Below the pieces are notes generated by a model, which ran no database searches, was not told the DNA's origin, and was given only the letters and a program-made list of their open reading frames with translations. Both the position numbers and the translations under genes were made by a program. A stretch of 34,262 bases of DNA from Octopus sinensis. Taxonomy: Eukaryota. The stretch spans positions 1 through 34,262 of the forward strand of contig NW_021831956.1 in assembly GCF_006345805.1 (NCBI RefSeq). The letters run 5' to 3'. Position 1 is the first letter of the stretch. The number at the start of each line of letters is the position of its first letter. Of the stretch, positions 25,154-34,262 are shown one piece after another.

Positions 25154-27228
25154 TTTATATACATTACTGTTGGATATATAAATATATATGTTGAATGAGG
25201 AATATGTAAAATGAAGTTCACGAGAAAATTTATTCATCACAACAATTGGTTTGGCCCATCTTGCATCGATTCCTTGTGGGTGGGAGAGATCTCGGTATCG
25301 CTTGGTATGTTGTTGTTGTCAAGCCAACAACCTCCTTGCAACAACATGCCAAGCGAAACCGAGAATATTTAGTGAGGTTTCTTCTGTAAAACAAGACACC
25401 AGATGAGATGCATATGCACCGGAGGATGCAACACATCCAATTGTACAGTATCCAACTCACAAGGGTCCGATGCAAAATGGGTCAATACTCCATTTCCCAA
25501 TCCCCCATTTGTAATAAAACTCAAAAAACCGTGAAATTTCTGAGGTAGACTAAGTGACAATTATATCATAACGTGTGTGTGTAATTGTGTGTAGACATAC
25601 ATACATACATACATACATAATACACACACACATACACACACACACATATACATACATATATACATACATACATACATAAACTGTTCACAGTTGAGGGAAT
25701 TAGCTGTCCAGCGGATGTTGACATAAAGTGAAATATAGAATATCTGGAAATAAACTGAATAATGACATACTTACGTTTATATGTTTTGTTTGTAGAAAAG
25801 ATAAATCCGGAGAAGAAGCATACTCTAAGATGTAGAGCAGTGTATATTTTAAAACTGGGGAAGGCCGGTTTCCGGTATTACCCTTTTTTTCCGGTCCAAA
25901 AAGGATTTAGCTTCATGGCGTATCATTAGACCCCAAAACCTGTTGTCCTAAGACCTCTTCCAAATATGGAGGGTGGAAAAGCCTTTCACCTCATACGCCT
26001 AATCCCGTCCAATAGCTTTTCCAGCTGCATACGCGTGTATAGTTCGTTGGATGACGTGGGGATGTTATTGCTGGAGTATCCGAGGTCAAATTCTTTCATA
26101 TTTATGGGAGACCCGTGGTTTCAGTGAATATGTAGAAATGCTTCAATGGTGAGATATTTAACAGAAACCACATGGTCACTGGGATAATCTCTTGCTAGGG
26201 AGCTGAAAAGGATCGTTTGCAGAAGAAGTAAATCCCAGGCTTTTCCCCTTCCATATTTTGAAGGGGTCTTAGGCCAACAGGGTCTTACGAAATGGTACAA
26301 AGCTAAACCCTTTATGAATGGGAAACCCTGGGTAATCCCATAAACCACCCCAATTTTTAATATACATACATACATACATATGTATATGTATATATATATA
26401 TATATATAAGTGTATATGCATGTATGTATATTTACTGCTTCCTTTTTGATATCTTACTAAATCTCCTTCTCTCTTCTATAAAAAACTGTTTTGTAAATTA
26501 TTGTCTTCCATACATTGATATTTTGAAAATAAAATTCTGTTCTTGTATATGTATATTGCATAGAAGAATGGATGTAAACATGATATTCTATGAACTGAGG
26601 TGCTTGTCATTTATACCTGTTTTACTTTGTAAATTGTACGATGGCACTGTATGATTTATAACCTATACACTAATGCAGACATGTAAAAGGATTTATCATA
26701 CACAAAAATTTCTGTGAAACGATGTAAATGGAGAAAGAAATATATTCATCTTATAATTTCTTACTTTATATGTATATATATATGTGTATGTGTGTATAAA
26801 TATATACATATTTCTACACATAGACACATACACACACACACATACAGACTTCATCGTGTGTGTATGTATGTATATATATATGAGTATTCATCTTGTATGT
26901 GTTTGCGTATACGTGTGTGTATGTGTTATATGTGTGTGTGAATGTCTTTTTGTCTTGACATCTGTGTGATAGTTGTAAATGAGTGCCACTGTCATATAAG
27001 CAGGGTCTATTATTTCCAACATTCTGCAGGATCATGTCTAGTTCTTGGCAAATGTTAGCTTCCTTAAAAAGAGGAGGAGAAGGTTGGCGATAGGGAGAGC
27101 ATCCAGCTGCAGAAATTCTGCCTCAATATAATCTATCTGAGCCAAGCAAGCATGATAAAGTTGATTCTGTGTGTGTATATATATACATATATACATACAT
27201 ACACACATACATACATACATATTTATAT

Positions 27229-27325
<97 letters not shown>

Positions 27326-27364
27326 GTATATATATATATATAAATGTATATAATATATAAATAT

Positions 27365-27398
<34 letters not shown>

Positions 27399-30120
27399 AA
27401 CAGAAATGGTGGTGCACACCCATACATATATACATGGTTGTAGTGTAAGAAGCTTTTTTCCCAGACATACACGGTTCCACGTTGAATCCCTGTGCATTGA
27501 AACTGAGGCAAGAATAATTTACTCTTACCTAGGGCTAAAAAAATCTTGTTAGTGGATTTGGTAAATGAAAACTGAAAGTAGCTTCATAACAGGTGTCTAT
27601 GTGTGTGCCTATGTATGTGTGTGTTAGTGAGTGTTTTTGTATGTGTGTGGTGTGTGTAGTGGTTCAGTAAAGAGGCTGAGAGGATAAGTGATATGCTTAA
27701 AATAATAAAAGTACTGGGATCGATAAGTTTGACTAAAAATTCGATGATGCCCCAGCATGGCCGTAGTCAAATGCCTAAAACAATTAATATATATATATGT
27801 ATATATATATACATACACATATATATATATGTATATATATATATATACATGATATCTGTTATATTTTAGTTCATCCCATAATGACCTTGTTTCATTTGAC
27901 CATTATATGTATTATTATTGTATTATTATCAGTGGTGGTGGTCAGCCGGACTGTCAACACCGCTAATATCAACATCAACATGATCAATATCAAGGGATTT
28001 GTAGTACATGTGATTGAATCTATACCCATTATTTTTCTGGTACCTTGATAATATTTATATTATACAGATCAATAAAATGCTGGAGAGTGTATATAATATG
28101 TATTTATTAACTAACCTGGTTCAGCAATAGAGACACAACACCATTGCGTTGGCTGAAAGTAATAGATAAGGAAAGAAAAACATGAAAAGAAAACAAACAT
28201 CACACAGCTTGAGATAATAGCTATTAGGTCATTAAAGAAAACAAATGTAATTAGGTCACAATAACTTAATTACAGCAATTATTACGCATATACTCACACA
28301 CATATGTATTTATTCAATACACACTCTACACAGTAGAACAATAATTTATACACGCCTGTGTAAACCCAGAAATGTAAAAACTGGAAAATACTGCTAAGAA
28401 TTCTGACAGCTTATATAAACATGAAATTTAGGAAGGAAAGAAGGGCTACAGGTAATCATATGAACCCCAGGACATTACTGGTATTGTATTTTATCAACCT
28501 TGCAAAGATGGAAGAAGTTGACCTTGGCAGGATTTGAACTCTGAACGTAAAGAATCGTAAATAAAATAACACAATTTATTTCCTCTAAAAGTAATAAGAA
28601 ACAAGAACTGGAGAAATGAAGGAAGACAGTTTATTAAAGGAACCCCTGGGTATTACTGGTACATATTATATTGACCCCAGAGTGATAGTAAATATTCTGG
28701 TAGGATTTGAACATGGAACATAAAAGAGACAAATGTAAATACTGTAAGGGAATGATTCTGTATTTAGCCCAGGGTCGGAGTAAATAGGGAAGCTACAAAG
28801 GAGAGAGAGTGAGGAAGAAAGAGAGAGAGAGAGAGAAAGTAGTTCTAAATGGGATGAAAAGAAGAAGAGAGAGGATTTGAACCTGTGACGTTGAGGAAAT
28901 GGAGAACGAGATGAAGTAAAGTTTCCAGTCAGGCAACAACAATAACAATTATGGTGATGATTAATTAATAAAGTAGATAACAGTGTTATTTCAGTGCGAA
29001 AGAGAGAAGAAAGACAATGACCCCGTGGTGGGATTATGACATGAATGACTGAATGAAAAAGAAACAAACATTATTGAAAACATAAAAGAAACAGATTTGG
29101 ATATTCCAGATCCAATGGGGACTTACCCCCGAACTGCCTCATGCAGTGGTGTGTCTCCAGCGTTGTCCATCACATTGACATCGATGCCATTGTGACCCAA
29201 CAATAGGCCGACTGTGTGTGTGTGTCCCCATGTACAGGCCCAGTGCAGCGGTGTTAGACCATCTTTATTTCGAGGATTCACCTGATAAAGAAAAGAATAA
29301 AAACATTAAAAATGGTGTCTGAAAGGGGAGTCGGGTGGCGAAGAATTAAAAGAAAAACTCACAGAAAAAGAGATGAGAAGGAATGAAATTAATTAAACAG
29401 GTGGAATGACTGGGGTGGGGAGTGGTTAATGGAGATTTCTATTGTATATACACACACGCGTATACACACTTGCATATGTACATATAAATATATTTATACA
29501 CACACACACAAACACCGCTTATAGGATGAATAACTCAATAAATAAACACATAGAGCAGCAAAATGTGTGTGTGTGTGTGTGTGCATATATATATGTGTGT
29601 GTTCGCGTGTGTGTGTGTTCATAGTTACATTTATTCTTTTATTCTTTAATTTCTTTCAGTCATGTGAGTGTGGCCATGCTGGAGCACTGTCATTGGTCGA
29701 GCAAATCGACCCCAATAAGCCTAGTACTTATTTTATTAGTTTCTTTTGCAGAACTGCTTGGTTATGGGGACGTAAACACACCAGCATCGGTTGTCAAGCG
29801 ATTTTGGGGAACAAACACAGACACACAAACACACGCACGTACACACAGACACACATAACACACCCACACATACACAAACTCATATGTATATATATGTACA
29901 CACACACACACACACACACGTATATATATATATATATATATAGATTTATACATATTTATATATATATACATACGACGAGCTTCTTTCAGTCTCCATCTAC
30001 CAAATCCTGGGGCTGTAGCAGAAGACACTTGTACATTGTGCCATGCAGTGAAAATGAACCGGGAACCATGTGGTTGGTAAGCAAGTTACTTACCACACAG
30101 CCACACCTGCGCCTCTCTCT

Positions 30121-30166
<46 letters not shown>

Positions 30167-30438
30167 GTGTGTGTATGTATGTAAATAGATCTTTTTTACT
30201 CTTTTACTTGTTTCCATCATTTGACTGTGGCCATGCTGGAGTACCCCATTAGTCGAGGAAATTGCCACCAGGACTTATTATTGTAAGTCTAGTACTTATT
30301 CTATCGATCTCTTTGCCGAACCGCTAAGTTACGGGAGCGTAAGCACACCAGCATCGGTTGTCAAGCGATGGTGGGGGAAAAACACAAACAAATGCATATA
30401 TACAATATATATATAATAATAATATATATATATATATA

Positions 30439-30500
<62 letters not shown>

Positions 30501-30640
30501 TTCGTCTACCAAATCGACACACAAGACTTTAGTCGGCCTGAGTCTATGGTAGAAAACAATAACCGAAGTTACCACGTAGGGGACTGAACCGGAACCATCT
30601 GGTTTGTAAGCAAGCTACTTACCACACAGCCTTCCTGTGC

Positions 30641-30680
<40 letters not shown>

Positions 30681-30687
30681 CTATATA

Positions 30688-30764
<77 letters not shown>

Positions 30765-32445
30765 CTATATATATATAATATATATAGTAGATAACTAAGT
30801 AGATAACTAAGAGTTCTCACACTACAGTTATCTTTTTCCTTATATCTGCTTCAGTTTTTTGAGAACAGGGAAATGAATAGTACTTATACGCTGCTTAATT
30901 GAGGCTTTATTTAATTTCAAACTCATAATTTTGAATTCTTAATTTTAAATCTTAATGTAATTTTTATTTTATTTTAATTCCTAACTTAATCTAATTTAGT
31001 AGCATAACTCTAATAAAATAAATGAGATGACTATAGCCCCATACTTCTATTTCAAAATTAAATAAATAAGGCTACCCCCTCGGTGATATATGATTATCTT
31101 CATTATGATAGACAATCCCCTAACACCTGTAAATGATCTTCTAGATTTGACCTGTAGTCCGTCAATGTATGAATAATAACGGCAACTCCTTAAGACATAA
31201 AATGAATAAATTAAATAAGTAAGTTTTATTGATTTTGATAAGATTATACTTAGATTTTCCTAATGTATTTTCTTTGATTTTAGCATCTGACCCCTAAAAC
31301 CCTGACTGTGTGTTATCTCTTTAGATTCTCTTTAAATTCATAGCTGATTTCAACAGCAATAAATTAGCTGTTTTACTGGCCAAAGAATAATATTCCCCTA
31401 GTTCCTAGATGCCCTGTAATTAAAACAGACTTGCCGTCACTAATCTGCTGTATAACTAGAACCCTCTTTTATTTTATTTTTCCCTTTTTCCCCTATTTCT
31501 TTCTTTCTCTTTCTCTTTTTTCTGTTTCTTCTTCTTATCTCTTTTTCTTTTCTCTTCTCTTTAGTCCCCTTTCCCCCCCCTTTTTTTGCTCCCTCCTCCT
31601 TTATTTTCTCTTTTCTTCATTCCCTTCCTTTCTATCTTGGCCTCTCTAGAAAGCCCTTCAGCCTTAAAAGTTAAATAGCTACAGCCTCTTGTAAATAGCA
31701 GTATGTGATTAATGTGGCAAATACCTAATCATATAACAAGTTTTGATACCTACCTCATTGTGTTCAACCATTGATAAATTATCGCCTGTGAATATGAAAT
31801 TCCTCTTCATTTCTCTGGAACTTACATCTACACATTGGAAATTGTGCATCTATACAAAAGGATTAATTCACCCTCTCTGTAATGCTAATAAGCAGGAATT
31901 GAGACCACCTCGTTGTGATTAAAAATGGATAAATTTGTCTTCTGTGAGTATGTAATCCCTCATCATATCTCTGGAAATTCATATGTGCTCTATGGATTAG
32001 GTCACCTTCTCTGTGATGCTATTAGAAATTTTTAAATTCTGTGATAAGATGGTACATCATCTTTAAAGAACTTTAATGAACTTTGGAAATCTGTTTACGT
32101 TACTTAATTATCTACATTACTTCATGAGTATAGCCTCAACCACTAGGATGTCTAGAGAACTCACATGTATTTTAGCTGATGAGTACGGGACACGTTTATA
32201 TGATGTAATTTTTACAACTTTTAATAAAGCCTGTCCTTGTATGAACGATTGTACTAAAACCTATCCATTCTTGTTGCTTCTTCTCGCTTATAATCACCCC
32301 ACATTACTGTATTGTTAAAACAGTATAGTTTTTTGGTGCATCAGTTAGGTTACCTTCAAGTAAATTCATTTAAATTAACTTGAATCTTATTGCTTTTGTA
32401 TATATATAATATATAGATATATATATATATATCTATATATATATA

Positions 32446-32489
<44 letters not shown>

Positions 32490-32708
32490 ATGTTCCTCAT
32501 GAAGCTTTTAATATAAACATTTCTTAATGAAATTTTCTGAAAATCCATCCTATCCATGTCTTAATCAACAATTATTCTGGAGTTGCGATTGGTTTGAACA
32601 AAACAAATGCTTCGTTTTCTCAACATAATAGTCATCGAAAATCAATGATTTTCATTAAAAGTAGGAAACACCAGAAAGTTATGGGGAAAAAAAAACGTGG
32701 GCTCGGAA

Positions 32709-32768
<60 letters not shown>

Positions 32769-32844
32769 TATATATATTATATATATGGGTGGTGTGTGTG
32801 TGTTTGTGTATACATACTCATATATAGGTGTGCATACATATTTC

Positions 32845-32880
<36 letters not shown>

Positions 32881-33491
32881 GTGGTGTGTGTTTGTGGGTG
32901 TATATATATATACATACATACTAATATAGGATGAAGTTTTTTTTACAGAAAAAATATTCCATCAAAAAATGTGGCAGCATATTAAAATAATTTTACAGTT
33001 AAATTATAAACAACTTATAAATAAGGGTTAAAGAAAATTATTTCAATGCCAATTTACTGATAACAGACTTTTAAATCGTCAATTTCCACATATTATTTAC
33101 TCGCTACAGAAAAAAAACACTAAGAACTGAAATCGGCGAAAGCCGGACAATAGAATGTTTTTTAAAAAGTTCGTTATTTCTATATTGAATCAATTTCGGA
33201 ATTAATCTCATAATAGATTCTTTCCTCTTCAGTAGAACATACGAAAGGATATAAATAAGATATTTACCTCACTGCCCCGAGATAATAATATCTCCACTGC
33301 TTGAAGGTGATCCCTGAGAGTAAAAAATAGAAACATTGACTAATTTACATTAAATATGAAAATATTTTGGCTTTGAGACGTAACATCATCGTCATCATCA
33401 TCATCATTATCACCTGCACTATTATCATCAATATCATGCTCATCAACATCATTACCATCATCATCATTGCCACCACCTCCATCATTGACAT

Positions 33492-33531
<40 letters not shown>

Positions 33532-34262
33532 GCCATCATCACCATCATTATCATCACCATCATCATCATCACCATCATCATCATCACAGCCTTCATCATC
33601 ATCACCCTCATTGCCAACACCATCATCATCATCATCGTTCATAGCCACCATCATCTTCAACATCTCCAACATCATCATAATCAATATTATCTTCATTCAT
33701 CACCACTATAATCGTAATCATCCTCATCCTCATCATCATCAACATCATCATCACCATCATCATCATCATCATCATCAACATCATCATCACCATCATCATC
33801 AACAGAGTCATCATCATCATCATCATCATCAACAGCAAGATCGACCTCATCAATATCATCATCATCATTATCACCATCATCATAATCACTATCATCATGA
33901 TCAACATCATCATCATCGTCATGATCGTAAACATCACCATCATTAGCCACATCACCACTATCATCACCATCATCATCATCATCATTATCATCATCATCAT
34001 CCTCATCATCATCATCATCATCGGCATCATCGTCATCGGGATTGTTATGATTGAATAATGACTAATTAATTGGATCGATGACTAAAGAGAAGCTTGTTGT
34101 TGTTGTTGTTTGCTAGTCTGCTGTTGTGCTGCTGTCCCACTGTCCCACAACTATGGCCTCTTTGGATATTGAACATGTGTCTGCAATTGCAACAAATTTA
34201 CAAACAAAACACATCTGGAGATTTTACTTGATTCTCAACTTACCTCCACACAGCCAAATGTA
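5237..34262 (-). CDS. Spliced gene, 5'-truncated by the window: ankyrin-repeat + RING + QT-motif repeats + death domain protein (Mind bomb/MIB-like E3 ligase derivative). Model: join(34244-34262, 33268-33313, 29127-29281, 28116-28152, 24488-24697, 22645-22820, 20340-20479, [19154-19204], 17405-17482, 13011-13061, 10417-10467, 8296-8367, 5237-5442)
   Basis: All listed exons have AG acceptors and GT donors except 19154 (see entry), and phases chain 2-0-2-0-0-2-1-1-1-1-1-1 without stops. The translation gives continuous ankyrin repeats, [23 protein letters not shown] (like the MIB1 post-ankyrin segment [23 protein letters not shown], from recall), a C3HC4 RING and a death domain ending in TGA. 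Confidence 0.88.
6600..7225 (+). mobile_element. Old degenerate RTE-clade LINE fragment
   Basis: tggcaactaagggattccgtctccaaatgaaggagagattgcatgaggcg = [17 protein letters not shown], matching [17 protein letters not shown] of the RTE at 15.6 kb; agaaatgaggtgagcat = RNEVS. Confidence 0.7.
8296..8367 (-). CDS. Death domain exon 1 (72 nt): [24 protein letters not shown]
   Basis: Has the same cassette splice flanks as the QT exons. Joined to 5442 it gives the typical death-domain L..V...L...W..LGREL.I. Confidence 0.88.
9328..9580 (-). mobile_element. Degenerate non-LTR reverse transcriptase fragment (R2/HERO-like)
   Basis: Translations [12 protein letters not shown] and KAFMDDIKI...LDRL...SRM resemble the GCTISV / RAFMDD / WARM motifs recalled for HERO-type RTs. 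Confidence 0.55.
10230..10290. repeat. (GA)n microsatellite
   Basis: Direct reading. Confidence 0.95.
10417..10467 (-). CDS. QT micro-exon copy 4 (51 nt): [17 protein letters not shown]
   Basis: aaacttggaaatgtttatttcag| ... G|gtgagtataaaa; phase 1-1; open frame. Confidence 0.8.
11460..11710 (-). mobile_element. Paralogous copy of the same RT remnant, duplicated with the cassette
   Basis: DNA aligns to 9300-9560 (gagcaatttcttctggacattctgttaatc vs gagtaatttcttctgataaatctgctaatc); the translation includes [12 protein letters not shown]. Confidence 0.55.
13011..13061 (-). CDS. QT micro-exon copy 3 (51 nt): [17 protein letters not shown]
   Basis: aaacttggaaatatttatttcag| ... G|gtgagtataaaa; phase 1-1; canonical KxTQT motif. 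Confidence 0.82.
13700..15100 (-). mobile_element. Decayed DNA-transposon transposase (DDE-type, Cys/His-rich), superfamily unassigned
   Basis: Co-linear fragments: [106 protein letters not shown]. Multiple stops and frameshifts. Confidence 0.75.
15170..16245 (-). mobile_element. 5'-truncated RTE-clade LINE (RT C-terminal half), frameshifted
   Basis: [77 protein letters not shown]. Confidence 0.93.
16246..16520 (+). mobile_element. Old RTE 3' fragment, paralogous to about 6965-7220
   Basis: gaggatgtatgaaaactgttaagaaatgaagtgagcat vs gaggatgcatgaaaactggcaagaaatgaggtgagcat; both share aacctgacaaa...ctgtgggag.agtc. Confidence 0.7.
16900..17155 (+). mobile_element. Octopus-type SINE (3' part) with a (GAT)n tail
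   Basis: aaagcacccaccacactctcggagtggttggcgttagg...aaaacggacgttaaacgatgatgat; inserted inside a cassette copy. Confidence 0.75.
17405..17482 (-). CDS. QT micro-exon copy 2 (78 nt): [26 protein letters not shown]
   Basis: aaacttggaaatatttatttcag| ... G|gtgagtataaaa; phase 1-1; open frame. Confidence 0.8.
19154..19204 (-). other. QT micro-exon copy 1 (51 nt, [17 protein letters not shown]) with a non-canonical donor (G|atgagt); skipped exon, pseudo-exon or base error
   Basis: The acceptor catatttcag and the open frame match the sister exons, but the donor reads AT where the sisters have GT (gtgagtataaaa). Confidence 0.6.
20340..20479 (-). CDS. RING (C3HC4, MIB/IAP-type) exon, 140 nt: [46 protein letters not shown]
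   Basis: C-x2-C-x11-C-x-H-x3-C-x2-C-x7-C-x2-C pattern; ttttgtccacag| ... |gtaaga; phase 2 to 1. Confidence 0.95.
20900..21770 (-). mobile_element. Degenerate non-LTR fragment (possibly R4/Dong-like), interrupted by a SINE tail and (TA)n
   Basis: [17 protein letters not shown] resembles DRKTRKLLT.H..HHPK; aattgcgagcaggggatcaagcccctacca resembles an IAAQDQ.LP motif. Heavily decayed. Confidence 0.45.
21140..21205 (+). mobile_element. SINE 3' tail fragment
   Basis: acccgtgctagcacggaaaacggatgttaaacgatatgatgatg has the same end as the 16.9-kb SINE. Confidence 0.7.
21770..21822. repeat. (ATT)n microsatellite
   Basis: Direct reading. Confidence 0.95.
22645..22820 (-). CDS. Exon, 176 nt: [58 protein letters not shown](Q), MIB-like terminal ankyrin segment
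   Basis: ttttatatttcattatttgtag| ... |gtaagt; open frame; resembles the MIB1 segment [23 protein letters not shown] (recalled). Confidence 0.9.
23427..23632 (+). mobile_element. Mariner transposase 3' end and probable right TIR
   Basis: [40 protein letters not shown] is the typical mariner C-terminus (L..RW..+V...GEY). A TIR-like aaaactgcttcatttatgagatgac follows. Confidence 0.8.
23768..23814. repeat. (TG)n microsatellite
   Basis: Direct reading. Confidence 0.95.
24488..24697 (-). CDS. Ankyrin exon, 210 nt: [70 protein letters not shown]
   Basis: ORF 24476-24685 is ankyrin-like. The acceptor ttttacttccacaaag at 24698 restores a 34-aa repeat spacing; donor gtaagt. Confidence 0.92.
25842..26365. 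mobile_element. MITE-like element with long degenerate inverted repeats
   Basis: 25939-25984 cctgttgtcctaagacctcttccaaatatggagggtggaaaagcct vs reverse complement of 26238-26282 cctgttggcctaagaccccttcaaaatatggaaggggaaaagcct. Ends are gtatattttaaaactgggg / ccccaatttttaatatac. Confidence 0.75.
27075..27155 (+). mobile_element. SINE fragment
   Basis: ggttggcgatagggagagcatccagctgcagaaattctgcc matches the ggttggcgttaggaatggcat... core of the 16.9-kb SINE. Confidence 0.55.
27165..27398. repeat. Compound (TA)n/(TACA)n microsatellite
   Basis: Direct reading. Confidence 0.95.
27430..27785 (+). mobile_element. Degenerate tRNA-head SINE with an internal (TG)n
   Basis: gtggatttggtaaatgaaaactgaaag and gatgccccagcatggccgtagtcaaatg are reverse complements of blocks in the 29.6-30.6 kb copies. 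Confidence 0.65.
28116..28152 (-). CDS. Ankyrin micro-exon, 37 nt: (G)[12 protein letters not shown]
   Basis: ctattactttcag|CCAACGC...AACCAG|gttagt; phase 2 to 0 bridges the flanking ankyrin exons. Confidence 0.85.
28440..28720 (-). mobile_element. Two decayed tRNA-derived SINE fragments
   Basis: B-box-like gagttcaaatcctgccaaggtcaac and tgttcaaatcctaccag on the minus strand; both contain the repeated ttactggta block. Confidence 0.45.
29127..29281 (-). CDS. Ankyrin exon, 155 nt: [51 protein letters not shown](G)
   Basis: cttttctttatcag| ... |gtaagt; contains two TPLH ankyrin motifs 34 aa apart. Confidence 0.95.
29630..30114 (-). mobile_element. Near full-length tRNA-head SINE with an internal microsatellite
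   Basis: Head aggcgcaggtgtggctgtgtggtaagtaacttgcttaccaaccacatggttcccggttc; body ccagcatggccaca; internal CA/TA repeat. Confidence 0.8.
30190..30642 (-). mobile_element. Second adjacent copy of the same SINE
   Basis: Shares acaccagcatcggttgtcaagcga and gtaagcaagctacttaccacacagcc with the 29630-30114 copy. Confidence 0.8.
30645..30785. repeat. (TA)n microsatellite
   Basis: Direct reading. Confidence 0.95.
32398..32480. repeat. (TA)n microsatellite
   Basis: Direct reading. Confidence 0.95.
32710..32912. repeat. Compound (TA)n/(TG)n microsatellite
   Basis: Direct reading. Confidence 0.9.
33268..33313 (-). CDS. Ankyrin exon, 46 nt: (R)[15 protein letters not shown]
   Basis: tttctattttttactctcag|GGATCAC...AGTGAG|gtaaat; phase 2 to 0; completes the ankyrin repeat into VNPRNKDG. 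Confidence 0.85.
33384..34036. repeat. About 650-bp degenerate (CAT)n trinucleotide tract, intronic
   Basis: Direct reading; generates the poly-H/D/M/I ORFs in the track. Confidence 0.95.
34244..34262 (-). CDS. Partial ankyrin exon (xHLAVW, phase 2)
   Basis: Minus strand TA CAT TTG GCT GTG TGG AG|gtaagt. This is the LHLAV-type ankyrin helix and joins in frame to the next exon. Confidence 0.7.

Noticed and set aside
25230-25560. Overlapping ORFs as a possible missing ankyrin exon or LINE endonuclease remnant
   Set aside because: There is no ankyrin pattern, exons 28116 and 24697 join in frame directly, and the LINE similarity was too weak to call.
27470-27535. ttttagccctag followed by an open frame as a candidate exon
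   Set aside because: The sequence belongs to a SINE body and its translation is not ankyrin-like.
30060-30114. tRNA-like A/B-box sequence as a tRNA gene
   Set aside because: It is the head of a repeated SINE with no complete cloverleaf.
26714-30575. YI/CV/HT-repeat ORFs
   Set aside because: They come from (TA)n, (TG)n and (CA)n microsatellites inside SINEs.
33340-34036. Poly-His, poly-Asp, poly-Met and poly-Ile ORFs in all frames
   Set aside because: They are a (CAT)n microsatellite product open in several frames, and the region lies inside an intron of the minus-strand gene.

Overview
This is AT-rich, microsatellite- and transposon-dense eukaryotic DNA. The SINE and RTE repeat types point to an octopus/cephalopod genome (inference). 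The main content is the 3' part of one spliced minus-strand gene, which enters at the right edge (34262) and stops at 5237. I reconstructed 12-13 exons by hand with consistent GT-AG sites and phases. The protein reads: ankyrin repeats with a Mind bomb (MIB)-like end, one C3HC4 RING, a run of 3-4 micro-exons that each encode one [TVS]QT motif resembling an LC8/DYNLL-binding site, and a C-terminal death domain. Those micro-exons and the first death-domain exon sit in five copies of a tandemly duplicated exon-plus-intron cassette (about 7-20 kb). Introns and flanks carry a decayed Helitron, RTE and other non-LTR fragments, a decayed DDE-type transposase, a mariner end, a MITE, SINEs and simple repeats. 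Most ORFs in the supplied track are microsatellite or low-complexity artefacts.
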